From a virus (Duplodnaviria > Caudoviricetes), in the IMG/VR virus record IMGVR_UViG_3300028844_002929, positions 1 to 61,223 of that record: a DNA stretch of 61,223 bases. One strand, 5' to 3'. This document shows positions 8,326 to 17,866 of this stretch, in pieces. The notes under the pieces were generated by a model. The model saw only the letters and a list, made by a program, of their open reading frames with translations, searched no databases and was not told the origin of the DNA. Every line of letters begins with the position of its first letter. The first letter of the stretch is position 1. Both the position numbers and the translations under genes were made by a program.

Positions 8326-11300
8326 CAGGGATCAGGCTTAAGGTATTGATCTGCATAACGAAGAAAGAGAATCATGAGTGTCTCAGTCCTAGAATCATGG
8401 GCAGCCAGTTCTTGATTGAGCTTGTAGTATTCATTGCGGGTACTGTCTGGAGAATTCCAGGTGTAGTCAAGCTCATTGATCTTACGTTTGATGGCAGCAC
8501 GTTGTGTACCCATACCTACACGGTTCATACCACTGAGGTCACGTTTCAGTGACAGTTCGCCTCCCCCCATCACCTGATTCAGCTGCTGCTGTACCAAGCC
8601 TGCCATGAGGTACGCTTCGTTACGATCGAACACGGAAGCGTCATCACCGAATACACGTCCGTCAACGGCATCCCTCTCAGGTTCCGTCATGTTCTCGTAC
8701 TTATCCCAGTCTAGAAAGTCTGTAAGTTGATCCCGCTGCGGAGCCAGGCGCTCTAGTGTTTCGTAGTAACGCTGTGCAATCTGATTGTTTGGGGCCTCCT
8801 CGTAGTAATACCTAACAACAGGTGTGTTGTTGGCACTCAACAAACGACTAGGTGTTTCTACGATCTGGCGAATCATGTCTGCACCCTGTCGAACCTCTTG
8901 CTCTTGATTGACATAAAAACTTTTATCGTTGGCAGGGATATCACTCTCCTTCACATACTCACCAGTATGGATGTGTTGATAGAACTCCTCAGCACCTACC
9001 TGCTTATTGACTGAATCCAGCTCAGCTTGCAAGGCCCCTTGCCCACTAGCAATGGTTTGTTTTGTGGAGTACCAGTTCCCTACACTGTTGAATGTCATAT
9101 AGACTCCCCCCATGTACGATTGAATAGGATACCACAAGTAGTCAGGATTAATATCGACGCCTCCAGATCGATAGTCATCGCCACCCGTGTTCAGGTTCAT
9201 CATCTGAAAAAACTCCTTCACAGGCTTAGGGGCCATGCGACTGCGCTCTGCGTTCGACATTTTACTGAGATACTCTGGCTCGATAGGCATACCATTGTAC
9301 ATCTCGTTAGTCATCACGTCAACGACAGGTTGTAAGGCACTGGGTAGCACAACATCTGCCATCTCTTTGGCAAAATTTGCACTAGGCTCTCGTGCTGCAT
9401 CCTCTACATAAGAGTGATCCGTAATCATCCAGGGGCTAAAGTTGTGCTTAAGCCCTGTGACTATGTCTCCACCTGCCTCCATCATACTCTGCCTTCCGTT
9501 CATCGTCTCTACTAATTCACGGCCCATGTCAGTGAAGAAACCTACGGCATACGGCTTAGGTAACTTAAGCATATCACCATCAGTTCCAGGTAGCATAATA
9601 ACGAAGTTGCGCTGAAGGGTGCTATGATCAAGCTGATCGTAGTAAGGGATGCCCGTCTCATCGACATCTCCAAAGAGCATGTTCCACTCTGTTAGGAATG
9701 CTCCAAACGCAACCCCTGCCGCTGTCATTTTCTGCATGATCTGCCTGCGGTTTTTGATTGGCTGACCATCCATATCTAGCTCAGGTTTCTTGGATGTAAC
9801 CATACGGGAAAAGTTGTCTAGTCCCTCTGCACTAGGGTTAAAGAACCAGTACCACTGACCAAGTTGATCAGTCATGCTCCCCTTACGATTAAAGTCTACA
9901 GAGAAGTCACGACCAAATGCTGTAGCGTACTCCCTGCTCACCCCTTGATCTCGCAATGCCATATAGCTGGCAAACCTCACGCCATTCTCTGCCGTATTGT
10001 TCATGGCCTCAATCATCTTGAAGAAGTTGACCCGATCAAAAGCGCTACGGGCTTTATCGTACCTCTTGGCAGGGTCAGTTTCCCTCTCTATCTGCTGCTG
10101 GATTTTAAGCATATCATCGAGGTGACCATAACCTGTGACAAGGCCGTCTTGCTTTGCCTCATTCCAATACTTGTGATGCTTGCGCGATAGGTTTGGATCC
10201 TTTACACCTCTTAATAAACCAGTGGTATTGAACTCATCTCTACCTACAGCGTACATAGCCATAGGAATCTTCTTTGTGACTTCTGCTAAGACCGTCGAGC
10301 TCTTAAGCTGGTTGCCCTTGGCGTCAGTTAATCCCCATCCAAACTCTTTTTGCGTGTTTACGTATGCGTTGTGATAGCCGAATACGATGTCCCTAACTGG
10401 AGCGTAGGTTACAAACAAAGGATTGTACGAGGTAAATGTCTTCCTGAACTTAGAAGTAAACTGAAAGAATGACTTCCCCATTCCTAGAAGGGCTTTCGTT
10501 TCGCGTGGACTAGCATTGGTTATCGCATCGACAAACCTATGACCACGGATAGTGACCATGTCCTCATCGCGTGCCCTTTCCACCCGATCAAACATCGGTT
10601 GGTTGCCTCTTCTCCTAGATCTGGCATCCCTATACATCTGATAGCGATCACGGTTTGTCTTGGATACCTCCTTATCTAAGAACATAATGTAATGCTCCTG
10701 GCCATCTTTGAAACTAAGCAGCACATTAGGGGCGAGGTTACCCTTAACGTCGCGGAGCGGGCCGACAGGGTCATCCTTAGAGCCATACTGAATGTGCTTC
10801 TCGTAGCTTTCTTTGGTGAACGTGCGATATGAAGAGTCAGGATACTCGTTAAAGAAATCCCAGTAGCTCTGCATGACTTTGTTCTTAGCAGCCAAGATGT
10901 AGTTACGTTCGTGCTGTTGCACCATGCGCCCGATTACGTCAGTGATCTGCCCCTCCCTACCCATGGACTCTCGGTAAGGATACCTTTCTGCAAACTCCTT
11001 AGGTACATTGGGGTAGGCTCCAGTGCTTACGGGTACACCATCGGCATCAATCTCTGATCCATAGAGTTGGATGTAGTTTTTAAATCGGGCTTTGCCGTCA
11101 ACATATGCTTGCTGACTGAGAAAGCCACTCTCATACATGATGTCCCAATTGCTATCAAAGTCCTTTCGCAAAACTTTGTTGAGCTTCTCGAAAGAAGTAA
11201 GTAGCTCATCAGGCAGTGCCTTAATAAACTGTCCTGCTGCTTCATCAGTAAAGCCACTACCTGACCGACTGTTGATACGATCCAGTTCATCTTGCTCATC

Positions 11301-14132
11301 CTGCCGCAATTGCTTCTTCGACATCAAAGTCTGACGCCTCTTCTGTGTCTCTGCCTTATTGTAGATGAAGTCATTGCGCTCTGAAGCATGGACAGCTTGA
11401 AGCAAATAGCTGAGAAATCCGTCTGTCGTTCTAGGGAAATCCTTAGGCAGAAGGTCAAACTCAGCTTCCGTAAGGCCCTTGCCCCATGCTAAAATCTGAT
11501 CATACATCCCGCCCTTGCCAACACGGGCGTCTTGATACCTCTTCAAGTAGTCCTCTGTCTGTGTGCCTAGGAGTTTATACAAGACCTCTGGGTCCATGCC
11601 TTTGTTCAACGGAGGACGTAAGCCACGCTTAGCCTCAGGTTCCTGACTCCACCTATCTAGTACCAACCTATCTAAAGAAGCTGAGCTACTCTTAGCTTCC
11701 TCATACCACCGAGCATATGGTCGCGTGGTGAGAGGGTACAGCGGCACAAGCTTTTGATCATTCTCACGAGGTACAAAGTAGAGAGATCCATCCCGCTCAG
11801 GGATACCATCTTGCAATGGCTTGAGAGGAACTTCGTTCTCTCCCCTCTCATAAAACATCTCTAGCTTATTACGCTGGACAGTGAGCTCTTCAAACTTCAC
11901 CTTTAGAACTTCCGATTCATCTTCTGTAGAAACGCGCAGCTTCCTGAGTAGATCGGTCTGCTCTAGGCTAATCACTCGAAGGGCTTCAATATCCTCAGGG
12001 TTCATGTTTGCATAGAACTCTTCATCCTGCAATAGCCTGCTGGTGCTAGGCGTGTTGTACAGATCCCTCAACTGCTGCTCCATCCTCTGCTTGTAAGCAG
12101 TGCTGACATCCTCACGTAGCAACTCTTTACGAAGAATCATCTCGGTCTGATGGAACTTCAGGTTGCGACCACCCCGCCCATACGAGTCTCTAGACAGTGC
12201 AATGCCAGTCATCACACCTGCAGAACTCATGCCACCAGCCAAGACTCCGCCTCTTACAGCAGCTTCCACGCCAACCTCCCTAAGCTCAGCCCATGTAGCT
12301 GTCCTACCTGCAAGCTCTTGCTCATCGGCATATTGCTGCATGGCTACGACCCCACTAATAGTCGCACCTTGAGGCACACTTATACCTGAAGCGATCAGGT
12401 GGTGCTTCCACCACTGCATCCCTGCCCCTGTGACATTGTTTGGCGCAATGCTACGCAAGCCACGAACAAAAGCCAGGCTGGTTACACCATCAACCACGAA
12501 GTTGGTTAGAAAAACCTTGCTTAAGAAACCGTTCTTGGCATTAGGGTTAGTCTCCTTCGCCCACTCTACTTTTGAATTAGGGTTTTCCTGCTCGAACTGC
12601 ATATAGCCCTCGTAGTCAAGGACCTCTTCTGTTTGAGGGTTGGTGTATGTCTGGAAGAACGGGCTGTCTACATACCGAGCAGCGGTTGTTGCCGTATGTA
12701 AAGTCGCCCCCTCTAAAGCAGTGAGTGCTACAATCCAGGTCGGCCCAATACCTGTCATACTAAGAGCCACACCAGATGGAACGAGAAGGCTCATAGTGGG
12801 GGCCGCCTCTAGGAATCCCCCCATTGCCTGCTCTGCTTTCTGTTGAAACTCAGCTTCAGTAATCCCCTGCTCGTACTGTCGCGTGGTCCCCCTGGTTTCT
12901 TCGGCACGCTTAGCATAGTCCTTTGCAAGTTGGGGTTCATTCGAAAGCATAGCCCATGCAGAAAGCAGATCCATTTCCCCCGCTTCCAGCATATCGGCTA
13001 CGTATCCCGTCCACTTAGGTACAGGAAACTGGAACCCGCCCGTACCATTACGTCCATCACCACCATACATCTGCCAGCCTTCCCAACGAGCAAAGGGTAC
13101 ATTGCCTACAATGCCATCCTTATCCATGTCAAGCATAGTACCATACTCTTCCAGGAAGTACTGCTCAAGACCCTCGATGTACGCGTCATCTGTTTGATAC
13201 TCCGTAGGCAGCATCTTCAGGTACTGTTCGGCTAGGGAATCATACAAGGTCTTCTCCATATACTGAGAAACCTCGTACTTCAGGTCAGCCCTAGACTTCA
13301 TCTGCTTATTGGGGAACATCATAGATTCGACAGGAATCTCAGGCGCCCCGTCAACAGGGCGTCCTTCATTGTCCCGCCAGTACAGCATACCCTTGTAATT
13401 CTTAGCGTTGTTCTCAGCACTGCCTTCGTGGAACATACTGATGTTCATCTGCTGCAGGATATCAGGGCTTTGCATAGCCAAGTCCCCGATGGCACTGAAC
13501 CCTTCAAACGCAGGGGTGTTTCCAAAGACAACCTGCTGCATGATGTCATTAACCTGTTGGCCCTGCTCTTCATTCCAATTGAAAAGCTTTTGGCTGCGCG
13601 AAATCACATCGACCCCAGCTATCTCCGCTAGACTATAAAAAGCCTCTGGACTTTTCAGAGCCTGCTCGTAGGCATTGACGTCTTGAACTGATTCCGCAAT
13701 GACATCAGCCTGATTAAATTTGCGCGAATCAAACGGGGAGTCTACTAAAATCTGATGAGCTGACTGAGCAGCATCTCTCCTTCGAGCCTCGTAGTTCGGA
13801 CCTTCGTAATTAAGACCAGGTACATCCTGCTCGATAGACCCTGGATCCAATGTGGAAGGAGAGTCCAAAGAAGTTGCCGCTTCTACCGAAGGAGGCGGAG
13901 AAAGTTGTGGGGTTCCCCCAAGTGCGGTCTCGTCTTTTTTTTTTAAAGGATCGGATACACCGTAATCAATCTGCCCCTGGTACTGTGGGTATTGCTCCTC
14001 AATAGATCGAGCCACCTCCTCATCACTCATGTTGTCATAAGTACCAGGACTTTTCTGCCTGATTTGAGCAGCAAAATCCTGGACTGTGAAGATTGTCGAT
14101 GGTCCTGTGACCCCTGTTGGTTCTGTAATCAT
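8325..14132 (-). CDS. Large internal virion/ejection protein with LPD38-like C-terminus
   Basis: 1935 aa; VDFNRKG, FFNPS.EG, LKLPKPY motifs; position after tail genes. Confidence 0.75.
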   Translation of the reverse strand: MITEPTGVTGPSTIFTVQDFAAQIRQKSPGTYDNMSDEEVARSIEEQYPQYQGQIDYGVSDPLKKKDETALGGTPQLSPPPSVEAATSLDSPSTLDPGSIEQDVPGLNYEGPNYEARRRDAAQSAHQILVDSPFDSRKFNQADVIAESVQDVNAYEQALKSPEAFYSLAEIAGVDVISRSQKLFNWNEEQGQQVNDIMQQVVFGNTPAFEGFSAIGDLAMQSPDILQQMNISMFHEGSAENNAKNYKGMLYWRDNEGRPVDGAPEIPVESMMFPNKQMKSRADLKYEVSQYMEKTLYDSLAEQYLKMLPTEYQTDDAYIEGLEQYFLEEYGTMLDMDKDGIVGNVPFARWEGWQMYGGDGRNGTGGFQFPVPKWTGYVADMLEAGEMDLLSAWAMLSNEPQLAKDYAKRAEETRGTTRQYEQGITEAEFQQKAEQAMGGFLEAAPTMSLLVPSGVALSMTGIGPTWIVALTALEGATLHTATTAARYVDSPFFQTYTNPQTEEVLDYEGYMQFEQENPNSKVEWAKETNPNAKNGFLSKVFLTNFVVDGVTSLAFVRGLRSIAPNNVTGAGMQWWKHHLIASGISVPQGATISGVVAMQQYADEQELAGRTATWAELREVGVEAAVRGGVLAGGMSSAGVMTGIALSRDSYGRGGRNLKFHQTEMILRKELLREDVSTAYKQRMEQQLRDLYNTPSTSRLLQDEEFYANMNPEDIEALRVISLEQTDLLRKLRVSTEDESEVLKVKFEELTVQRNKLEMFYERGENEVPLKPLQDGIPERDGSLYFVPRENDQKLVPLYPLTTRPYARWYEEAKSSSASLDRLVLDRWSQEPEAKRGLRPPLNKGMDPEVLYKLLGTQTEDYLKRYQDARVGKGGMYDQILAWGKGLTEAEFDLLPKDFPRTTDGFLSYLLQAVHASERNDFIYNKAETQKRRQTLMSKKQLRQDEQDELDRINSRSGSGFTDEAAGQFIKALPDELLTSFEKLNKVLRKDFDSNWDIMYESGFLSQQAYVDGKARFKNYIQLYGSEIDADGVPVSTGAYPNVPKEFAERYPYRESMGREGQITDVIGRMVQQHERNYILAAKNKVMQSYWDFFNEYPDSSYRTFTKESYEKHIQYGSKDDPVGPLRDVKGNLAPNVLLSFKDGQEHYIMFLDKEVSKTNRDRYQMYRDARSRRRGNQPMFDRVERARDEDMVTIRGHRFVDAITNASPRETKALLGMGKSFFQFTSKFRKTFTSYNPLFVTYAPVRDIVFGYHNAYVNTQKEFGWGLTDAKGNQLKSSTVLAEVTKKIPMAMYAVGRDEFNTTGLLRGVKDPNLSRKHHKYWNEAKQDGLVTGYGHLDDMLKIQQQIERETDPAKRYDKARSAFDRVNFFKMIEAMNNTAENGVRFASYMALRDQGVSREYATAFGRDFSVDFNRKGSMTDQLGQWYWFFNPSAEGLDNFSRMVTSKKPELDMDGQPIKNRRQIMQKMTAAGVAFGAFLTEWNMLFGDVDETGIPYYDQLDHSTLQRNFVIMLPGTDGDMLKLPKPYAVGFFTDMGRELVETMNGRQSMMEAGGDIVTGLKHNFSPWMITDHSYVEDAAREPSANFAKEMADVVLPSALQPVVDVMTNEMYNGMPIEPEYLSKMSNAERSRMAPKPVKEFFQMMNLNTGGDDYRSGGVDINPDYLWYPIQSYMGGVYMTFNSVGNWYSTKQTIASGQGALQAELDSVNKQVGAEEFYQHIHTGEYVKESDIPANDKSFYVNQEQEVRQGADMIRQIVETPSRLLSANNTPVVRYYYEEAPNNQIAQRYYETLERLAPQRDQLTDFLDWDKYENMTEPERDAVDGRVFGDDASVFDRNEAYLMAGLVQQQLNQVMGGGELSLKRDLSGMNRVGMGTQRAAIKRKINELDYTWNSPDSTRNEYYKLNQELAAHDSRTETLMILFLRYADQYLKPDP

Positions 14133-14135
14133 CCT

Positions 14136-15833
14136 TTAATTTCTACTTCCAGTTCCTGGTCGGCCTTGATTTGATGATCGCACACCCAGTGGGTTAGGGT
14201 CTACCAAACCTAGCAACTGTACCAAAGAGCTTGGTGGGTTGGCGTTTAACAATGCCTGCTGAACGTTAGACAAAATTGCTGATTCGCTTGGTGTACGTTT
14301 AGTCTGATCCATAGAGATTGCAACAGGTGTTACGTGACCTACAGGCTGGACCATCAAGATGTCATTGCGATCATCAATCTTTCCTATTCCTGACACCTCA
14401 ATGTTGGCATACGGATTACCCCTCACCATCTGATCAATCAATGAAACTAGAGTGTTGTCGGTTGGTGTGTTTGCTCCTTTGCTAAAGTTTCCAGTTAGCG
14501 GATTAAACTTGACAAACTTTTTTTCGAGCCAAAACGCAGCACCTCTAGCAAAATCAGGCTTTAAGAAGTCACCCTTTATTGTTTGGATTCCTTGGCTGCC
14601 TAAAGATTGAATACCCAGCATTTGAAGTTGACCAATGGGCTTCTGTTTTTGAGGATCATTGTTTGCCGAAAAATTCAACACCTCTGTGTTGCTCCAGTAC
14701 TGACTAGCCAGTACATCAGTCAGCTCAGAAGGCATGGCCGCTTCGTCGTAAAGAGTTTCCAAGGGCCTACCTGATCCACTACCCTTTGGTAGGAAATATT
14801 TCACCATGGGCTCGAAGACATCATTCCATTCTTTCTTGAGCTCCTGCTTAATGGTGGTGGAGAGCGTTGGATAGTCCTCTTGTGCCTTGGCATCCAGGTC
14901 AAACATCTCAACCAGTACCTCTGGTGGCATCTGTGCTGCAATTTGATTGTACCTATCACTGTCAGGGTTGCGCATGTCCATCATAATGCGCTCAGCTGCA
15001 GCCATCCTCCACTCGTATGATTCAGACTCACGATTGCTTGTCGCAAAATCCATAGGGTCCTGCCAGTGCCGACTTAAGTTAGCAGTGATGGCGCTCCAGT
15101 CGTATTCATTTCTACGGCCAGAGTAGCTACCTGCAATATCTTGAGCGATCTCTTCGTACTGACGGGGGGCAACACGCATGGTGCTAGGAGAAAACCAACT
15201 CTCATCATTGAAGTGCTTCCCCATGCGCCCATCAATCTCTGTTGCACTTACTGGTTGCCCTGTTGTAGGGTCAACGTCGAAGCCCATGACACTGAACGAA
15301 CCGTCACGGTTGTATACGTTGTGCGCACCTTGCAACAACCCTTTTGTCTGGTAGTTCCATTTCTCCTGAAACTCCTGCATGCTGGCGTTCAACCTACGGT
15401 CAGCAGGAAGTGATGCCTGCATGGTGCTATACGACTCAGTATTGGGATCGATATACCCAGGGTATTCCTGGGCCTTGTTAATCATGTCTTGATTTACTTT
15501 GTACTTGTCTACAGAACTGACAAAGCTTTCATACTTCATCTTCATCATCCCTGGAGCAAGGCTAGGATCCATGGCTAAGATCTGAGGCACCTCTTCACTC
15601 TTGAAACGTTCCCATGCTTCAGTGACGTAAGGCTTATAGAACGGGTGGATGTCTTGCTCAATACCCCCCAACTGAGCCAAAGCCTTAGATCGCGCATCAT
15701 TCGCTGCCTTCAACGCATCGGCCTGTTGCTTTCGCCCAGCTGCATACGCCTTATTACGAGCAATGTATGCCTGGGGGATCATCTCCATCCCCTTAGTCAG
15801 GTCAGGTATAGCAATCTTTCCTGTATACTTCAT
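14136..15833 (-). CDS. Putative ejection/internal virion protein
   Basis: 565 aa, helical; lies between two other ejection-type genes. Confidence 0.6.
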   Translation of the reverse strand: MKYTGKIAIPDLTKGMEMIPQAYIARNKAYAAGRKQQADALKAANDARSKALAQLGGIEQDIHPFYKPYVTEAWERFKSEEVPQILAMDPSLAPGMMKMKYESFVSSVDKYKVNQDMINKAQEYPGYIDPNTESYSTMQASLPADRRLNASMQEFQEKWNYQTKGLLQGAHNVYNRDGSFSVMGFDVDPTTGQPVSATEIDGRMGKHFNDESWFSPSTMRVAPRQYEEIAQDIAGSYSGRRNEYDWSAITANLSRHWQDPMDFATSNRESESYEWRMAAAERIMMDMRNPDSDRYNQIAAQMPPEVLVEMFDLDAKAQEDYPTLSTTIKQELKKEWNDVFEPMVKYFLPKGSGSGRPLETLYDEAAMPSELTDVLASQYWSNTEVLNFSANNDPQKQKPIGQLQMLGIQSLGSQGIQTIKGDFLKPDFARGAAFWLEKKFVKFNPLTGNFSKGANTPTDNTLVSLIDQMVRGNPYANIEVSGIGKIDDRNDILMVQPVGHVTPVAISMDQTKRTPSESAILSNVQQALLNANPPSSLVQLLGLVDPNPLGVRSSNQGRPGTGSRN

Positions 15834-17026
15834 GCCTCTTGGAATTGCGGTAAGGAGAAGAGCATGCTCATATAGTTCAGCAGCCCCTCGGCGTCCCGTC
15901 CTTCCACAAAGTCTTCGATCTTATCTGTCTGCTCTGGGTTAAACACGATCTCCCCTCCAGTCAACTCACCTTCCTTCTGTCCGTTCTCCTCGTCGATGAT
16001 TGCCTTCTTGTTAGTCTCGTGGCTGAACTCCCCTTCAGTCACACCACCACCCTCGGCGATGTAGCCACCCTTCTCATTACGGTAAAACTGGCCTATGCCT
16101 AATCCAGATTGATTAGGGAAGTCATCGACGTCCATACCGACTGGATTGATCTGCATGCCGAATGGCAAGGGGGGTAGGTCAAGCTCAACGTTGAGTGAAT
16201 CTAAACCGACACCTGTACTATAATTGTTGAGCCCGCCTGCACCCTGAGAAAAAGCACTGTTGTTTATCCCAAAAGGAGTCCCTGAATTATACAGAGCATC
16301 ATGCTGCGCCTCTGTTCCATCAAAAACCTCTTGAGACCTCCCCATAATTCTTTCAAAAGGGGTATCACCCTCATTGAGGTAGTTGATCTCAGTACCATCA
16401 GCACCTCCGCCACCGCCCTGACGCTGGGCTCTTGCCAAGGCCCGCTGATTAGGCGTACCTGAAGCAGCAATCAGTGAGCTGCTTAGGGTGGTGCCTGCTG
16501 CTGCAAACTGTTCCGCCGCCGCTGCCTTACTACCGAAGTAAGCGTCCATGCCCGTGTTGATGCGGGCTAGGTCACGCTCCCTGGTGTCAGCGATGTTAAA
16601 CTCCATGCCGCGCTTAGTGTCTTCAAGACCTTCAGCCCGCTTAGTAAGCCCCGCTTCACCTTGAAGTTTCATGAGCGCACCCTCTAACCGAGCGTCACGC
16701 TTACCCTTCATTACGTCTTTGACCTTTCCAATAGCAGCCATCTCCTCACGGGAGTCGCCGATGCCCGCCATCATCTGTGAGGCGATCTCATCTGCGTCTG
16801 CTACACCAGCTTTGGATAGCTCCTCGGCAATCTGATAGTGGGTGTCCCGTAGCTTATAGCTCTGCTGCGAAAGTCCTACGTCGTCAGCAATCTTAGACAG
16901 GCGGTTGATGGACAGATCATAATCTGCCTCCCCGCCCGCTGCCAAGGCTTCACCTTCTTCCCCTAGCTTTTGATTCTCCTTGTACCCTAAGTACTGACCT
17001 GCTGCAAATGGTATTAACTGCCACAT
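15830..17026 (-). CDS. Putative ejection/internal virion protein
   Basis: Ala/Gly-rich helical N-half; C-terminal GEFSH...ELTGGEIVFNP domain. Confidence 0.65.
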   Translation of the reverse strand: MWQLIPFAAGQYLGYKENQKLGEEGEALAAGGEADYDLSINRLSKIADDVGLSQQSYKLRDTHYQIAEELSKAGVADADEIASQMMAGIGDSREEMAAIGKVKDVMKGKRDARLEGALMKLQGEAGLTKRAEGLEDTKRGMEFNIADTRERDLARINTGMDAYFGSKAAAAEQFAAAGTTLSSSLIAASGTPNQRALARAQRQGGGGGADGTEINYLNEGDTPFERIMGRSQEVFDGTEAQHDALYNSGTPFGINNSAFSQGAGGLNNYSTGVGLDSLNVELDLPPLPFGMQINPVGMDVDDFPNQSGLGIGQFYRNEKGGYIAEGGGVTEGEFSHETNKKAIIDEENGQKEGELTGGEIVFNPEQTDKIEDFVEGRDAEGLLNYMSMLFSLPQFQEA

Positions 17027-17034
17027 TATTATTA

Positions 17035-17042
17035 CAAAAGTA
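17035..17042 (-). promoter_or_regulatory. -7 promoter element
   Basis: TACTTTTG 8 nt before ATG 17026. Confidence 0.55.
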
Positions 17043-17047
17043 AATGA

Positions 17048-17866
17048 TTATTGTCTACGACGCCTTTGGTTCCCTGACGTTCTACGCCTTGATCTTTGTG
17101 GCGTTACAGCCGTTTCGCGATGATCATAGTCTGTTGCTTCATACTCTAGGTTTAAAGCATACAACTCATAGTCAGCCGCACCCAGCGTAAGAACTGCATT
17201 AACAGTATGTCCGCGTGCCTGCTCTCCATTAATATTGCCTGGAGTCACGGAGTATAGGTAGACATTACCTGTTTGAGGTAGGACAATCTCACCGCCAGAT
17301 AAGTATATAACATTGGTGCCTATACTTTCCTGGTCAACTAAAGGAGCTAAACTCAAAGCTTCTGGGATACCATCGTAAGTCTGGATCCCAATCGGAGCCG
17401 CAACATTAAACTGAAAGTATGTCGTGTTCGTCGTGCCATCAGGGTTGTCCTGAATATTGGCCAAGAAATACTTTGTATCCCCATCTTGATCGAAGTTGTA
17501 TGCCACGCCCCGTTCCGTAAGTATAGATGCGGCTGGGTTGACTGTCTGATTAGCAACGGTACTATCGTTTACAGTTAAGACTGAAATGCCTTCTACATTA
17601 TTCGTTGACTCTAATGAAAGAGATTTATAGATCTTGTTTCTACTAGGCTTGTCATTGAATGACACTGCAATAGAACTACCACCAGCTGCGCCATAAAAGT
17701 TCGTTCGTCCAGCGCCCTCTGCGTTGTGCTCCCAGATCGGCTGTCGCTCAAACACTTGATTGAAGCTAAAAAACAGGCGGTCAATGAAGGCATAACAGTA
17801 GCTGTAAAAGCTATACCGAGTCTTCCAGAACCCCCCCTTATGGCTAAATGCTATTGTCCTAGGCAT
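17048..17866 (-). CDS. C-terminal segment of tail muzzle/stabilisation protein, encoded separately
   Basis: TIAFS....W.TRYSF, WEHN, NFYG, FND.PS.NKIYKSLSLES; ATG overlaps the upstream stop. Confidence 0.65.
   Translation of the reverse strand: MPRTIAFSHKGGFWKTRYSFYSYCYAFIDRLFFSFNQVFERQPIWEHNAEGAGRTNFYGAAGGSSIAVSFNDKPSRNKIYKSLSLESTNNVEGISVLTVNDSTVANQTVNPAASILTERGVAYNFDQDGDTKYFLANIQDNPDGTTNTTYFQFNVAAPIGIQTYDGIPEALSLAPLVDQESIGTNVIYLSGGEIVLPQTGNVYLYSVTPGNINGEQARGHTVNAVLTLGAADYELYALNLEYEATDYDHRETAVTPQRSRRRTSGNQRRRRQ

Noticed and set aside
8325-14132. crAss-type virion RNA polymerase
   Set aside because: No convincing DxDxD catalytic context (DMDKDG lies in an N-terminal variable region), and host-type promoters are used throughout
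17859-17866. TAG recoding or readthrough joining the muzzle parts
   Set aside because: The downstream part is in another frame with its own ATG; coding density is high under the standard code
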